Positions 46,476-58,500 of a stretch of DNA of 64,000 nt are shown here, one piece after another. Source of the DNA: Barthelona sp. PAP020 (Eukaryota); NCBI GenBank assembly GCA_040182905.1, contig JARQWU010000008.1, forward strand, positions 1 through 64,000, in the 5' to 3' direction. Position 1 is the first letter of the stretch; the number at the start of each line of letters is the position of its first letter. The translations under genes were made by a program, and so were the position numbers. The notes below the pieces were generated by a model. The model saw only the letters and a program-made list of their open reading frames with translations. It ran no database searches and had not been told where the DNA came from.

Positions 46476-48791
46476 ATGTCATCTGAACCACCAGTCTATG
46501 ACCGATCATATTTTAAATTAACAACAAAAAAGCCAGAATATGTTAATAATTTATTAGATGAAAAAGGACAATGGATTTTAGATGATGATATTGTTGATGA
46601 TGGTATGTTAGAGTTTGATTTACCGAAGAAAAAGAAAGAACCAAAATTATCAAAAGACAATAATGAGGAAACCACTCAGATGGAGATTCGTAAATATGAT
46701 TTTTCGAAACCTTTAGAAATTTTGAATTTGAAGCCAAGAATTGAAGAAATTGCTTCCTTAATAATGGAAAACCCTGAAAAAAATGTTTACTTAATGGATG
46801 AATTGATACATATTGTTCAACAATTACAAAAGTATTCTGATTTGTCTTTTAATCAGATGTCCGATTTGACTGTTTTAGCAATTACAGCAATATTTGGAGA
46901 TATATTACCAATATGGCCTTTAAAAGATGTTGACACTACTGGATTATCAAAAGAAGCTGCTGAGATAGCAGTTTACGAAAACTCAATGTTGAAATTATAC
47001 AAGAAATTTTTAAAAGTTTTACAAGGTTTGCATGCAACCATAAAAATGCAAGCTGTCACACATTTATTGAAATCTAGGCCTGATTTTAACTTGAGAACTG
47101 AGTTATTGATGATTTTATTCAGTGGGATATCAAATAAGAATGCAGAAATTAGGGCTTTGGCTTTGAAAGGTGTTGATGAATTGTTTGTCAATGATTTTGT
47201 TGGTTATGCGTCTTTGGAATTTATGAGAATGGTTTCAAAGAAGTTTAAAAATCATTTGAAAGGAAAGAAAAAGAAAAATGTCATGTTCTTTCGATCAGAT
47301 TTTTTGAAAGTTTTGTTGAGGATAAATTTTTCCAAAGTTGATATTTTAATGAATGAACCTGATGAGGAAAAGAGTCAGCGGGAAAAGACTATGCACAATC
47401 GTGCGCAAAAGAAATACAAAAAAAGGCTTACTTCTGGGAAGTCTGATTATTTAAAGGAAAAGAATCGTGTTTTGAAAGAATTAAAGGCTCAATCAAATGA
47501 ACAAGCAAAGAAAGAAAGAGGTATAATTAAGACTGAGACTTTGAGTGTTCTATTTCATCTTTATTTATCTATTCTAGTTGATATGATTGAAAATGGTCCA
47601 GACGTATGTGGGAATGGTAAAGAACGTTTGATATTTATCAAATATTTATTTGAAGGTATCAGAAAGCATGTCCAATTAGTTAATGTTGAATTGATGGAAG
47701 CTTTGCTCAGTCGTTGTTCTGCTTTATTGACTGGTCTTCCTGACACTTCAATTGATATTCAATTACTGTTAACATTGGAAACTAGCAAAACCATCACTGT
47801 TTCTCAAAGTGGTTTGGGGAATGCTTTGACTATTGATCATGAGAGTATGTTTTCCAGTTTATTCAAATGTCTTTTGCAGTTAAGTTCAGCAGATGCATTT
47901 GGTTTTGATTACATTGATGATTTGGTGTTTGTTCTGGGAAAATTGTTTTTAAGAAAAACTACCATTTCTTTGATCAGAGTTCAGGCTTTCGTTAAACGTT
48001 TAATATATTTAAGTTGCAATAGTTCATCGGAAATAGCACTTAAATGTATCGATTTAGTTCAAAAATTAATAAATAAATATCCTGAAGCCAAACAATGCTT
48101 TTACCTTACAGAAAACCCTGTTTCTCATTCATTTAGTACAATGCCATTGACACCTGAGGGCGCTATGTTTTGTGATTTGACAGCTATTAGAGGTGAAGGT
48201 ACAAGATGTGATGAAGTTAATTTTTTGTTGTCTCATTATGATATTGATGTTGTTAAGAGTATTCGAAAACTGATGAACGATTTGGGAACTGAATGTGAAC
48301 TTCCTCGAATTCCTCAATTACCTAAATTATTAAAGCGTAACGCGTTCAGAGAAGACGAAGAGGAAGAAGAAGAAGAGGAAAAGGTAGTAGAAGAAGATGA
48401 AATTATGGAAGTTAAAGAAGATGAAGAATATAAAGTAGAAGATAAGAAAGAAGAAAAAGAATCTGAATCTGAATCTGAAGCACATCCTTCAATGACTTTA
48501 GAGGATGAAATGAAGTCTGTCAATTATATGACTTCTGAAAAGTATCTTAAACTTGCAAATTTGTTCAGTGTGAAAAGAGGTGATTTACTGCGAAATTTGG
48601 AATATATGAAGAAAAAAGTTGATTTGGAAACAGAAGGAAAAGATCCATCAATAGATTTTTGTGTCAGAGCTAATCGTAAGTTAAGAAAGTTAAAATCCAA
48701 AACAAAAGATTCCAGTAAAAATCAAAAATCTACTGAATCAACCAAACATAAAAAGGAAAAAAAACACAAGCGTAAACATTCCCGGAAGTAA
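46476..48791 (+). CDS. NOC3: Nucleolar complex protein 3 (CBF/Mak21 family, 60S biogenesis)
   Basis: IFGDILP, PDFNLRTELL, GYASLEFMRMV, FEGIRKHVQLVNVEL and RVQAFVKRL correspond to recalled NOC3 blocks; Glu-rich stretch and Lys-rich C-terminal tail. First ATG at 46476. Confidence 0.8.
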   Translation: MSSEPPVYDRSYFKLTTKKPEYVNNLLDEKGQWILDDDIVDDGMLEFDLPKKKKEPKLSKDNNEETTQMEIRKYDFSKPLEILNLKPRIEEIASLIMENPEKNVYLMDELIHIVQQLQKYSDLSFNQMSDLTVLAITAIFGDILPIWPLKDVDTTGLSKEAAEIAVYENSMLKLYKKFLKVLQGLHATIKMQAVTHLLKSRPDFNLRTELLMILFSGISNKNAEIRALALKGVDELFVNDFVGYASLEFMRMVSKKFKNHLKGKKKKNVMFFRSDFLKVLLRINFSKVDILMNEPDEEKSQREKTMHNRAQKKYKKRLTSGKSDYLKEKNRVLKELKAQSNEQAKKERGIIKTETLSVLFHLYLSILVDMIENGPDVCGNGKERLIFIKYLFEGIRKHVQLVNVELMEALLSRCSALLTGLPDTSIDIQLLLTLETSKTITVSQSGLGNALTIDHESMFSSLFKCLLQLSSADAFGFDYIDDLVFVLGKLFLRKTTISLIRVQAFVKRLIYLSCNSSSEIALKCIDLVQKLINKYPEAKQCFYLTENPVSHSFSTMPLTPEGAMFCDLTAIRGEGTRCDEVNFLLSHYDIDVVKSIRKLMNDLGTECELPRIPQLPKLLKRNAFREDEEEEEEEEKVVEEDEIMEVKEDEEYKVEDKKEEKESESESEAHPSMTLEDEMKSVNYMTSEKYLKLANLFSVKRGDLLRNLEYMKKKVDLETEGKDPSIDFCVRANRKLRKLKSKTKDSSKNQKSTESTKHKKEKKHKRKHSRK

Positions 48792-49514
48792 AGAATAAAT
48801 AAATTAACTTAACTTTGAGTTGAAAAAAATTTTTTTTTTTTTTGCCTGCATTATATTTAAATTGTTTTGTTTGGGGCTTTTCATCTTCTAAATGTTAAAT
48901 TTTTCAAGAATTTTGAAGCTATTCAATTAATATTAACATCAAATTCTTTTTTTTGGAAGAATGTTGGAACATTTTCTTTCAAAAAGACTTTAATAATAAT
49001 TAGTAATAACAAATTTATTGGTCAATAAATGTGTTTCTTTATTATATTTGATATTTATTGAGATATGTAAAAGTTCTCATGAAAGTCTTTATATTGTCTG
49101 TTATTTGATAAAATTTAAATGAAAATAGTTTTATAAATAAATTGTACAAGTTTTTTTTGGGATTTTTGTGATTCTAAGAAATAATGAAAAATAACTGATT
49201 TGGAATCAAATTTTTTGAAGTGTAATTCAAATCAACGCGACTCAATGACAAAAACTAAACCAAATATAATCCAAAATTTGAAAAAAATTGGACATTAGAA
49301 TGTGATTCATTGGTTATGAAAAAAATCAAAATATGTTGTTAATCTTTATGAATTATTGAGTTTTATGGTATCCATTATATTTTTTGTGAAATGAAAGAAA
49401 ACTCTACAGTGTTGTTAAAAGATTTGGCTATAATTTGGTCGACTTTTTTCTGAAATATTTCAATTTTTGGTTTGTTATTTCTTTATTACTTTTTTAAAGT
49501 AGCTTTTCTTTTTG

Positions 49515-52500
49515 ATGTTAATTGAGTTTCACGGTCAAATTCAAAGAAAAAACAAGGAAAAGTTCATATTTGAGGTTTGTGATGTGGAATCAAAGATTAG
49601 TCCTTTTGCACCCAAGATTATTTCAAAACATTCTTCATTTTGTTTGTCTTTTGATGTTCCTGTTGGAAAGTATTTGATAAGAACAGATTATCCAAAACCA
49701 ATCTTTGATATGAGCAATATCGAAAGGATTGTTTGTGAAGATTCATTTATCATTTATTATTTTGTGGTTAAATCAATTAATGTACTTCTTTCCGCAGATT
49801 CTTTGAATTTTTCTGAACAAAAACTTGTTAATGATGCAAAGTATCTTTCATTTCATTGGACAACATTTGATAAGCATTTATTTAAAATAAATAATTGGCG
49901 AGATAATGTTAAATTTTCAAAAGAACAATTTGAAAGAAAAAATTTTTCCAATTTTACTCAAAATCAAGATTCAATACATATTTCTGTTGATATTTTATCA
50001 ATATATTCGCTTATTGGTTATTTTGAAGTTATTTTAGACGATGATAGTCATCATATTATTATACCCAAGCATTTTTCAATTGTTAAGGATCGTTTTCATA
50101 ATGCTTTTATGTTTTGTTCTGTTAATAAATCAAAATTCGGTTTTATTAACTTCGAATCAATCCAGTTTCCACTTTATGTCCCATTTTCCTTTAATGAAGT
50201 AAATTGCAGTGATTGTGTGCAATGCACAAAATATTTTAATAATAGTGCAATTTTGTATTTACAAAGTAGATCATCAAGACACGGAACTTTAAAAATTGAT
50301 GGAAAGAATTACAAATTTTCCAAAACTTATGTTGAATTATTTTTTGACCTACCTCTTGATGTAATTCATTCTGAATTTATACTTCGCATTGATCGAGAAG
50401 AATATCAGTATGAAATGTTTAAATTTAATGGTCAATGGATTTTTTTAGGTATTATTGCTCATTTATTGGATGAACAACCATGTTCTTGTGTCTTTTACAT
50501 TAAAACGATTGATTCTTTACAACAAATATCATATTCCATTTCAGAGAATTTTGATAGGTTCAATGAATATGATCAACAATGGAATTTGATTGACTTTCAG
50601 ACTTTGAAACAATTTTCTTTCAATGTACGTCCTATTCAGAAAGATGTTGATTGTTTGAGATTAATTTTTAAAGATGAACCTACTTTCGTTGAACAACATG
50701 AACTATGTTGTACTGGGAATTTTCATGAAAACAGTATTGATAGCATGCGTATTACTGTTACTGTTCCTATTAGATATATTGGGTTTGGACGGTGGGAAGC
50801 AGTTTTTGATTTGGAACATCCAAAAAAAGGAAAAATTTGGGATAATTTGTTATTGCATATTGAAGATAAAACATCAGGGAAAACTATCACTTCAAATACA
50901 TTTACTTATCTTGACTGTAGACAAATAAATCAGTTAATATTCCCTTATTCTACAAAACAACTGGTTAGATATGACTCTTTCAATGCAAGGTCAGAGGCAA
51001 AGGTATCTTTTCCGGCAAAGGATTTGTTCCGAAAAGAGGATAAACACTCAACAGAGAGTGAATCTTTTACTAAAAACAGTCAAGATTTCAAAAATACCGT
51101 TGATACTTTTCTTTCAAAAGTTAATTCTAAAGTTGATGCTTCTTTGAAAAATTCTTTTAGAATTCCTCAGTTTTCTTCAATTAAACCGTTGCCTAATATG
51201 AGTAATGAAAGTATAATAGATTTTTGGAGAAAGTTTTGTTGTAATTGCAAACAATCAGACGAAATTCAACATTTATTAAAAAAGAATAAATATGTTTTAA
51301 CTGATACTGCTGTAAAGAACTTGGATATTTTGTTAAAACTTGTTTCAAATCAATTACCAATACTCATTGAAGCAGATTCAGCGGCTGGTAAAAATCGTGC
51401 AATTGAAGAAGTCTTTAATATCGTTAAATTGTATTTGAAATACGATTTCAAATTATTTCGATTTAATTTGAACTCTTCTATTACAAGCGAAGATATTTTA
51501 GGGAAATTGAAAATCAAAAATGGAATTTGTCAATTTCAAACAGGTATTTTTGCACAGTGCTTTGAATATGGTCATTGGTTGATATTGGATGAATTGAATT
51601 TGGCTAGGAATGAAGTATTACAAGTTCTTCAGACATCTATTGATATGAAAGAAATCACTATCCCTTGCCATTCGAAAAATAGTTCAATTAGAACTGCCAA
51701 AATGCATCCTAATTTCAGATTATTTGCTACAATGAATCCTACTGCAGATATATTTACAGGAAAAAGACAACAATTAAATGAAGCTATTTTATCCAGATTT
51801 ACTTGTTGTTCATTTGCATCTGAGAGTGATTTTAGAGAATTTATCAAACAATTATTTTGCTATACATTTCAAAAAGAATTGGATGATAAGAAATTGAAAA
51901 TGAATAGAAGTATCATTACATGGATTGATGTTCTCTTTAATATTCATACACAAGCACTAAAGCAGTTTGATCGAAGATTGACTGTAACCATTCGTGAAGT
52001 TGTAAAATTTATCGACGGGTTTAAATGTATGCTTTTTGAACGCGAATCTCCAGTGAATATTTTCAAATATCTAGCAAACATCATTTATCAACTTAGAAAT
52101 GTTGACATCATGTTTAATTTTGACAGCTATATTGATAGTTGCAAAATTCTTAACTTTACTTTTCCACAAGATAATAATAAATTATTAGTGTCTTCAAAAA
52201 AGAGTACAAATAAGACTTGCAGAGATATCAATTCATTTATCAAAAGATTTTGTTCCTTGTTCAATCGGAACAGTATCACTGGTAAAGATTACCAAAAAAT
52301 TGGTTGCTTGTTTGATGATGCAATTATGGTATGTTCTTTCAGAAGAACAAAATTAGAAAGAAGCAAAAAAAATTCAAATCTTGAATCATTCAAGAAGAAT
52401 TTTATCGAACGTTTCTCAAAAAGTCTTCCAATTCGTTTACGTTCTGATTCTAAAGAGGAAAAATCTATTAAAACGTATTTGGAGAAGTTATTTGAAGTAG

Positions 52501-55500
52501 TTGAATCCCAAATCAAGTTTCAATTTCCCGTACCGTTAATTGTACATTTAGACATTGATGTTCAGCAATATTCTCCAACCATATCTTCTTTAAATTTGAG
52601 AATAGATATTATTAATCCAATTTTGAAAGCTTTGGATTTAGGATTTCATATTTGTGTTGCAGGACCTTCACTAAGTGGTAAATCTACAATTTTGCAATTG
52701 GTTTCAATTGCATATGGACAAAAATACAACAGTATGACTCTTTTTGAAGACTCAGATAAATATTCTTTGTTGGGAACATCCTCAATATCCAAGAATGCTC
52801 AAGGGTCTTTTGGTATCAATTTTTCTCCAAGTCCTCTTTTACAAGCAGTTACAAGTGGATCCACTCATATTTTGGAGAATGTTGATCTTGCAGAATCAAC
52901 AGTTGTTGAACTGTTAAATAACTTGTTAGAAAAGAATGTTGTGACTTCCTCAGATGAAATGATATGGGAAGTTACAGAACATCCAAAAGGATTTGTTGAA
53001 ATCAACAAAAACTTCAGATTTTGCTGCACAGCCACTTTGAATATTGAAGGAATTCCCAATTTATCTCTAGCTTTTTTAAATAGATTGTTGCTTGTCTGTA
53101 TTGCAGAACCTGTGTTGGTAGAAGATTCAACATTAACTAAGGGAGCATTTGACATGATTAAACCCGTTTTATTTCATGGGTTTGCAATTCATTATAAGAT
53201 GGCAGAAGCTTTAGTTGGATTATCAATTCTTTTTGAAAATTGTAAGTCATTCAACCTTCGAATTTTTTTTGAATTTCTTCGATTGTTTTCAGCAAAAGTT
53301 AAAAGATCGTATGAGTTTTTACGAAAATTGCCAAAATCGAAGAAAAATTTGAATGAAGATTCAAAAAATATGTTTTTATCAGGTTTTTTGCTTGCATTTA
53401 ATGTTTTAGCTATTATTGAACCATCTGTACAAATAAAACTTACCAGACGGGAAAAATTTGGTGGGAATACTTTTGAAATTATTTTTAATCAAAATTTCTA
53501 TCACAGTCTTTTTAAATATAAGGTCAAAGCGTCTGTTGACAAAGATACGTTCGCAAGTCATAAAGAATATATGTTAAATAATTTAGGTGGGCAGGTTATT
53601 TCTGCAAAGGAAACATCCAAAAACAAAATTTTAGAACTTGAAATGACCCATGCGGAATTCAATAATGCGTGTCATATTACCAGAATACACCAAAGCCGTC
53701 ATAATCATCGTTACCATCGCCATTATCATTCCCACTCTTTTGGCCATAATGATTTGATTTTATCTCGAGTCAAAATTTGTTTGGATGGTCAAAAAAAAAT
53801 TAAGTATGAAATTGATGAACATGAAATTTCGTTAAATAACCAATTTCAAAGATATTTAGGTGAATATCAAAATTGCTTTAAACCATCAAAATTTTCATCT
53901 TTTGTTGTTGACGATCGTGTTAAATCTCAATATAAATTGCTAGAAGACATCACACAAGCTTTACATATGGGTTTGCATGTCTTAATTACTGGAAGTTCGT
54001 CAACGGGAAAAACTGCAATAATTTCGCATATAGCCAATACCAGAAAATGTTCATCTGAAACTCGAAAGTTGGAAATTGTCAATTGTTCGGATTCTACATC
54101 TGTTGAAAGCTTTTTTGGGGCTCCTTCCATTACAGGCGAATTTATTGATGGTCCTTTAACACGTGCTATTGTCAATGGTAATATGTTTTTGGCTGATGAA
54201 TTGAATCTCATTTCTTCATACATATATTCAGCATTGACTCCAGTATTCACCAATATGGATATTGTTCAAATTCCTGGAAGACCAAAGCCAGTTATTATTC
54301 ACAAAGATTTTGCATTTGTTGCCACACAAAATGATACTAATACCAGAGGTAGAAGAGTTTTGCCATCACATTTCGTTTCAAGAATGTGCATTGTATATTC
54401 CAAACCTTTACTTTCCCAAGATTGTCAAATCATTTTGGATAATGTTAATCAGATAAATACTAATGCTTGGGGTGATTGTCTGAGGATTTACTATGAACAT
54501 TTTCAAAAAGTTTGCACAAAAGTTCCGTTTAGAAAGCAATTAACGTTGAGGGACTTACTGAAACTTCAAAAAAGGCTTCTTAATTTCATTGAATCAACCA
54601 ATAAAACATCTGATGGTTTCATTGATGAACACCTTATTATTTTGGAGTATTTCTATTGTATGTGTGATGACAAAAAAGAATTTTGCCTTTATTTTAAGAA
54701 TCTTCCTGAATGTTCTCATGTGATCAGTGTCTTCGATGCAAAATGGAACATTAGATACAATGAAGTTGAAGAGACTTGTGAAATTATTTCTGACTCAAAA
54801 GATGGTGAATTTTGTTTGAGTTTCTCTTGCGCAAATTATCATTCAAATGAAACTTTTTGGAACAATCTTCCTCAAGATTGTTATCTTTTGTTGAGACAGT
54901 TAATATATTCGACAAAAATTGACGAAAATCGAGGAGAATTTACAGAATCAATTCTTTGCATTGGAGATTCAATCGCCATTGACGTTATTCATAAATTTGA
55001 AGAAGCATGTGGTAATGTTTTTGTTACAAAAAAATTTAATTCACAGACAAGTGTTGAAGATTTCATTGGATCATATTCTATAAGAAAAACTGATGCCTTG
55101 TCCATACAGCAATTGATTGAACAGTTACTCATTGATTTATCTGAAATGCTAAATGTATTTGCAACCAGAAACTTGTCAATAAGTGATGATTTGGATAATT
55201 TAAGAAGTGAATATGAAGGATTCGTTTTGAAGGGAGATTATTCGGAGGATTCCTTGAACAAACTTTCGCAAACTTTGAAAAACTTAATAAATTGGAAGAT
55301 TTCTGTTAATTACAATATCATAAGTCAACAGATTTCACGGATTGTTGATGTGATAGATCATCTCAATGATGAAAATATTTGGGTACATTTTCAGCCAACT
55401 TTTGTTGTTAATTCTATTTTGAAGGCAAATAGTTTTCTATTAGATTCCATTGATCGATGTTCTCCAGCAGTACTTGAGCGTTTAAATTCTCTTTTTGATA

Positions 55501-58500
55501 TTAACCCATCTTTTGATGTAGCGGAGATCAATAAAGATAATGAAATATCAGTAGCACCGTTTATTTTAAGATGTGCTTTTGTTAATATGGATAAATCCAA
55601 GCAATTACAATTATCCTCAGCATTTTTGTCTAGAGTGACCACAATTAATATTCAGGGTTATTCAAAGGACCATTTATTGTTAACTCTCCATAAACAACAT
55701 GATTGGCTTGATTTTGGTTGGATGAAACAGTTTGTTAGGGGAATAAACTCTTTAAACTTTGATATAAAATATGAAGAATTAAAAAAAATATTAGATATGG
55801 CAATATCTTTGACTTATCCTGTTACAACTTGGTCAATACAATTCAGAATTGTTTATTCTTTTGTTTTAAAGTTTTCTATATATTTTAATTCTTTTGAACA
55901 ATGTGTAAATCGTTGCAAAGAAGCTTTTGATCATTCTTTAGATAATGAAGAAAAACAACAGTTGAAGAGTTTGATTTATGATGTCAATAACAAAGTCAAA
56001 AACAATTCTGTTTTTGAAATTGATTCTATCAATGGTGTTGCAAACATTGTTTATAATAATTACACTTGGATAAGTCATCATTTTGATGTTTTGAATGATG
56101 ACGTACCAACAGATTCAAATGTTGGATTGTTGCCATTGTCTAGTACCAAATTTGCAATGCTAATGTGTCTTACTTGTTTAAAAATAAAGCAACCTTTGTT
56201 GTTTGTTGGTGTTCCAGGTATATCTAAAACTACAGCTGTTGTTACTATGGCTAGAATGTTAGATTATAAGTTGCTGAAAGTAAATCTAAATTATAATACC
56301 ACCATAGAAGAGCTGTTTGGTAGAATTATTCCAAAAACCAATTTGGATGGTACATATTCATTTGAATTCAATCCTGGACCAGTGTATCAAGCATTTCAAG
56401 ATATTGTTGGGGGTATTGGTAACACTATTTTGTTATTTGATGAATTAAATCTTTGCAGTCACGAAGTTTTGGAAAGCTTGATACCTGTTTTTGATTTAGC
56501 AGCGAAAGGCAAAGGTGTTTTAAGATTTGGTTCTTATACACTTGAAGTTGAAGGTTTTGTACCTATATTTGCAACTATGAACCCATCTTCAATGACACAA
56601 AACAGGTCTAACTTGCCCTATGATTTAGAAAAACTGATTATTATTCAAAAGTTGGAGGAATTTAAGAAAGAAGATTTTGAGTTGGCCATTGATTATTTTT
56701 GGAGACCAATTTTACCATTAAAGCAATTTGAATATGCAAAAAGTTTTCATTTATATTGTATTGAGGTTATCAAAACCAAAAATTTAACATCAATTATCAT
56801 TGGATTGAGAGAAATTTTGAAATTTTGGAAATTAACTCAGAACATTCCAAAAATATCTAAAACTTTGATTACAATAAAACGAGCATTATCATTGGTATAC
56901 TTATCATGTTTCAATTCTGAGCCTCAATTGAAAAGAAGGCTCATGCAAAAATTGAACATCGAAAATTCAAAGAAATCAGTTGAAATATTTCTAATACACA
57001 ATGATAAGCAAGTTGTTATTAATGATTTAATCATAGACAGGACCAATCATGGTTCATATTGTGGTGATGAAATCTTTGAACATCCAGTTTTCAATGAACA
57101 ATTGTTTACTTTAGCTTTGGCTTATTTTACAAGAAGAGGCATTTTATTGGAAGGAACACCTTCTTGTGGAAAAACTACATTGGTAAAATATTTTTCTAAA
57201 CTATGTGGATGCAAATTGTTAATCTTTAATGTTAATGAAGATACAACTGCTAGTGCTTTAGTTGGACAATATTATCCAAATATTGAGTTACAATTTAATA
57301 AAGCTTCATCTGGTCTTATTAGAGAGTTGAATAATTGTTCTTTTAAAGATGAAGAAAAGCAATTGAAAAACTGTTTGTTGGAATTCGTCAGTAATTTTGA
57401 ATTTTTTTGCGATTTAATACAAATAAATGATAAAAATCAACGAGGTTATTATGATTTGATTAAATTTGTTAAAGAAAAGAAAAGTTTGCGAAAATTCCAC
57501 GAAAATTTACGAAAACTTTTGTCAAAAGTTGAAAACAATATAGAATTCACTTTTATCTTTTCTGAATTAGTTTTTGCTTTACAAAATGGTTATTTTATTT
57601 TAGTGGAGAATATTAATAGTGCTTCAACTGATCTTATCGAAAGATTCAATTCTCTTTTGGAAGCAAATTCCGAATTGATTATTTTTGAAAAAACTCCACC
57701 AGTGACTTTGTCTATTTCTGCTAACAAAGATTTGAATAAATCAAAAAAACTTCAAAACTCTTCAGAATTACAAACTGGAACTTACAAAATCCATGAAAAG
57801 TCAAGAATTTTCTTCACTAATACTTTATATGATGATAAAAAGGCACAAAGTGGTCTATCACCAGCATTTCTTTCAAGAATTATTTCTTTGCCAATTGACG
57901 GAATTGAAAAAAGTTCAACAACTATTAAATTGTCGGAAAGTATATTTAGATGTTTTGAATCAATGATAAATAACCAAAATTTGAATTTTGAAGAAGAGAC
58001 GATTGATAAATTAAGTTGTTGTTTGGAAAAAAGTTATAAAGAAATTATTGAAAAATTTGAAAAGGATGAATATTTTGTTGGAGATAAAAAACCTACAATT
58101 AGGGTGTTGTATCGAATTATTAAAGAGATAAAAACATATTTATTTTTGAAAGGTCAAAAAGAATTGCTTAAAAGTGCTGAAAAAATATTTGTTTTCCATT
58201 ATCATTGTCTTTTTAAATATAAATACAAAGAAGCTTTCAAAAAAATTTGTCCAGATTTCAAATTTCGAAATGTTCGTGGAAATAATTATTCTTCCAATAA
58301 AAATTTATTAAATTTGTTTCAAAAACTATTTGACAGGAAATTTAAAAGTTTTTTTGAGGAATTTTTGAAAATTCAAGTGGATCAAATTTTTTCATTGCAT
58401 ATAATGAATAAATATGAAGTTTTGGCAAATAATTATTTTGAAAACAATGAAAACTTTTCAATTGTTGAAATATTTAATTGTTTCAAAGAATTCATTAATA

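Noticed and set aside
48352..48480. GAA-rich tract and gaatct x3 in NOC3
   Set aside because: Ordinary acidic low-complexity region of a nucleolar protein.
46476..57890. NOC3 next to a midasin-like gene as a ribosome-biogenesis cluster
   Set aside because: Two adjacent genes in a eukaryote are weak evidence, and the AAA+ protein may not be the true Rea1 orthologue.
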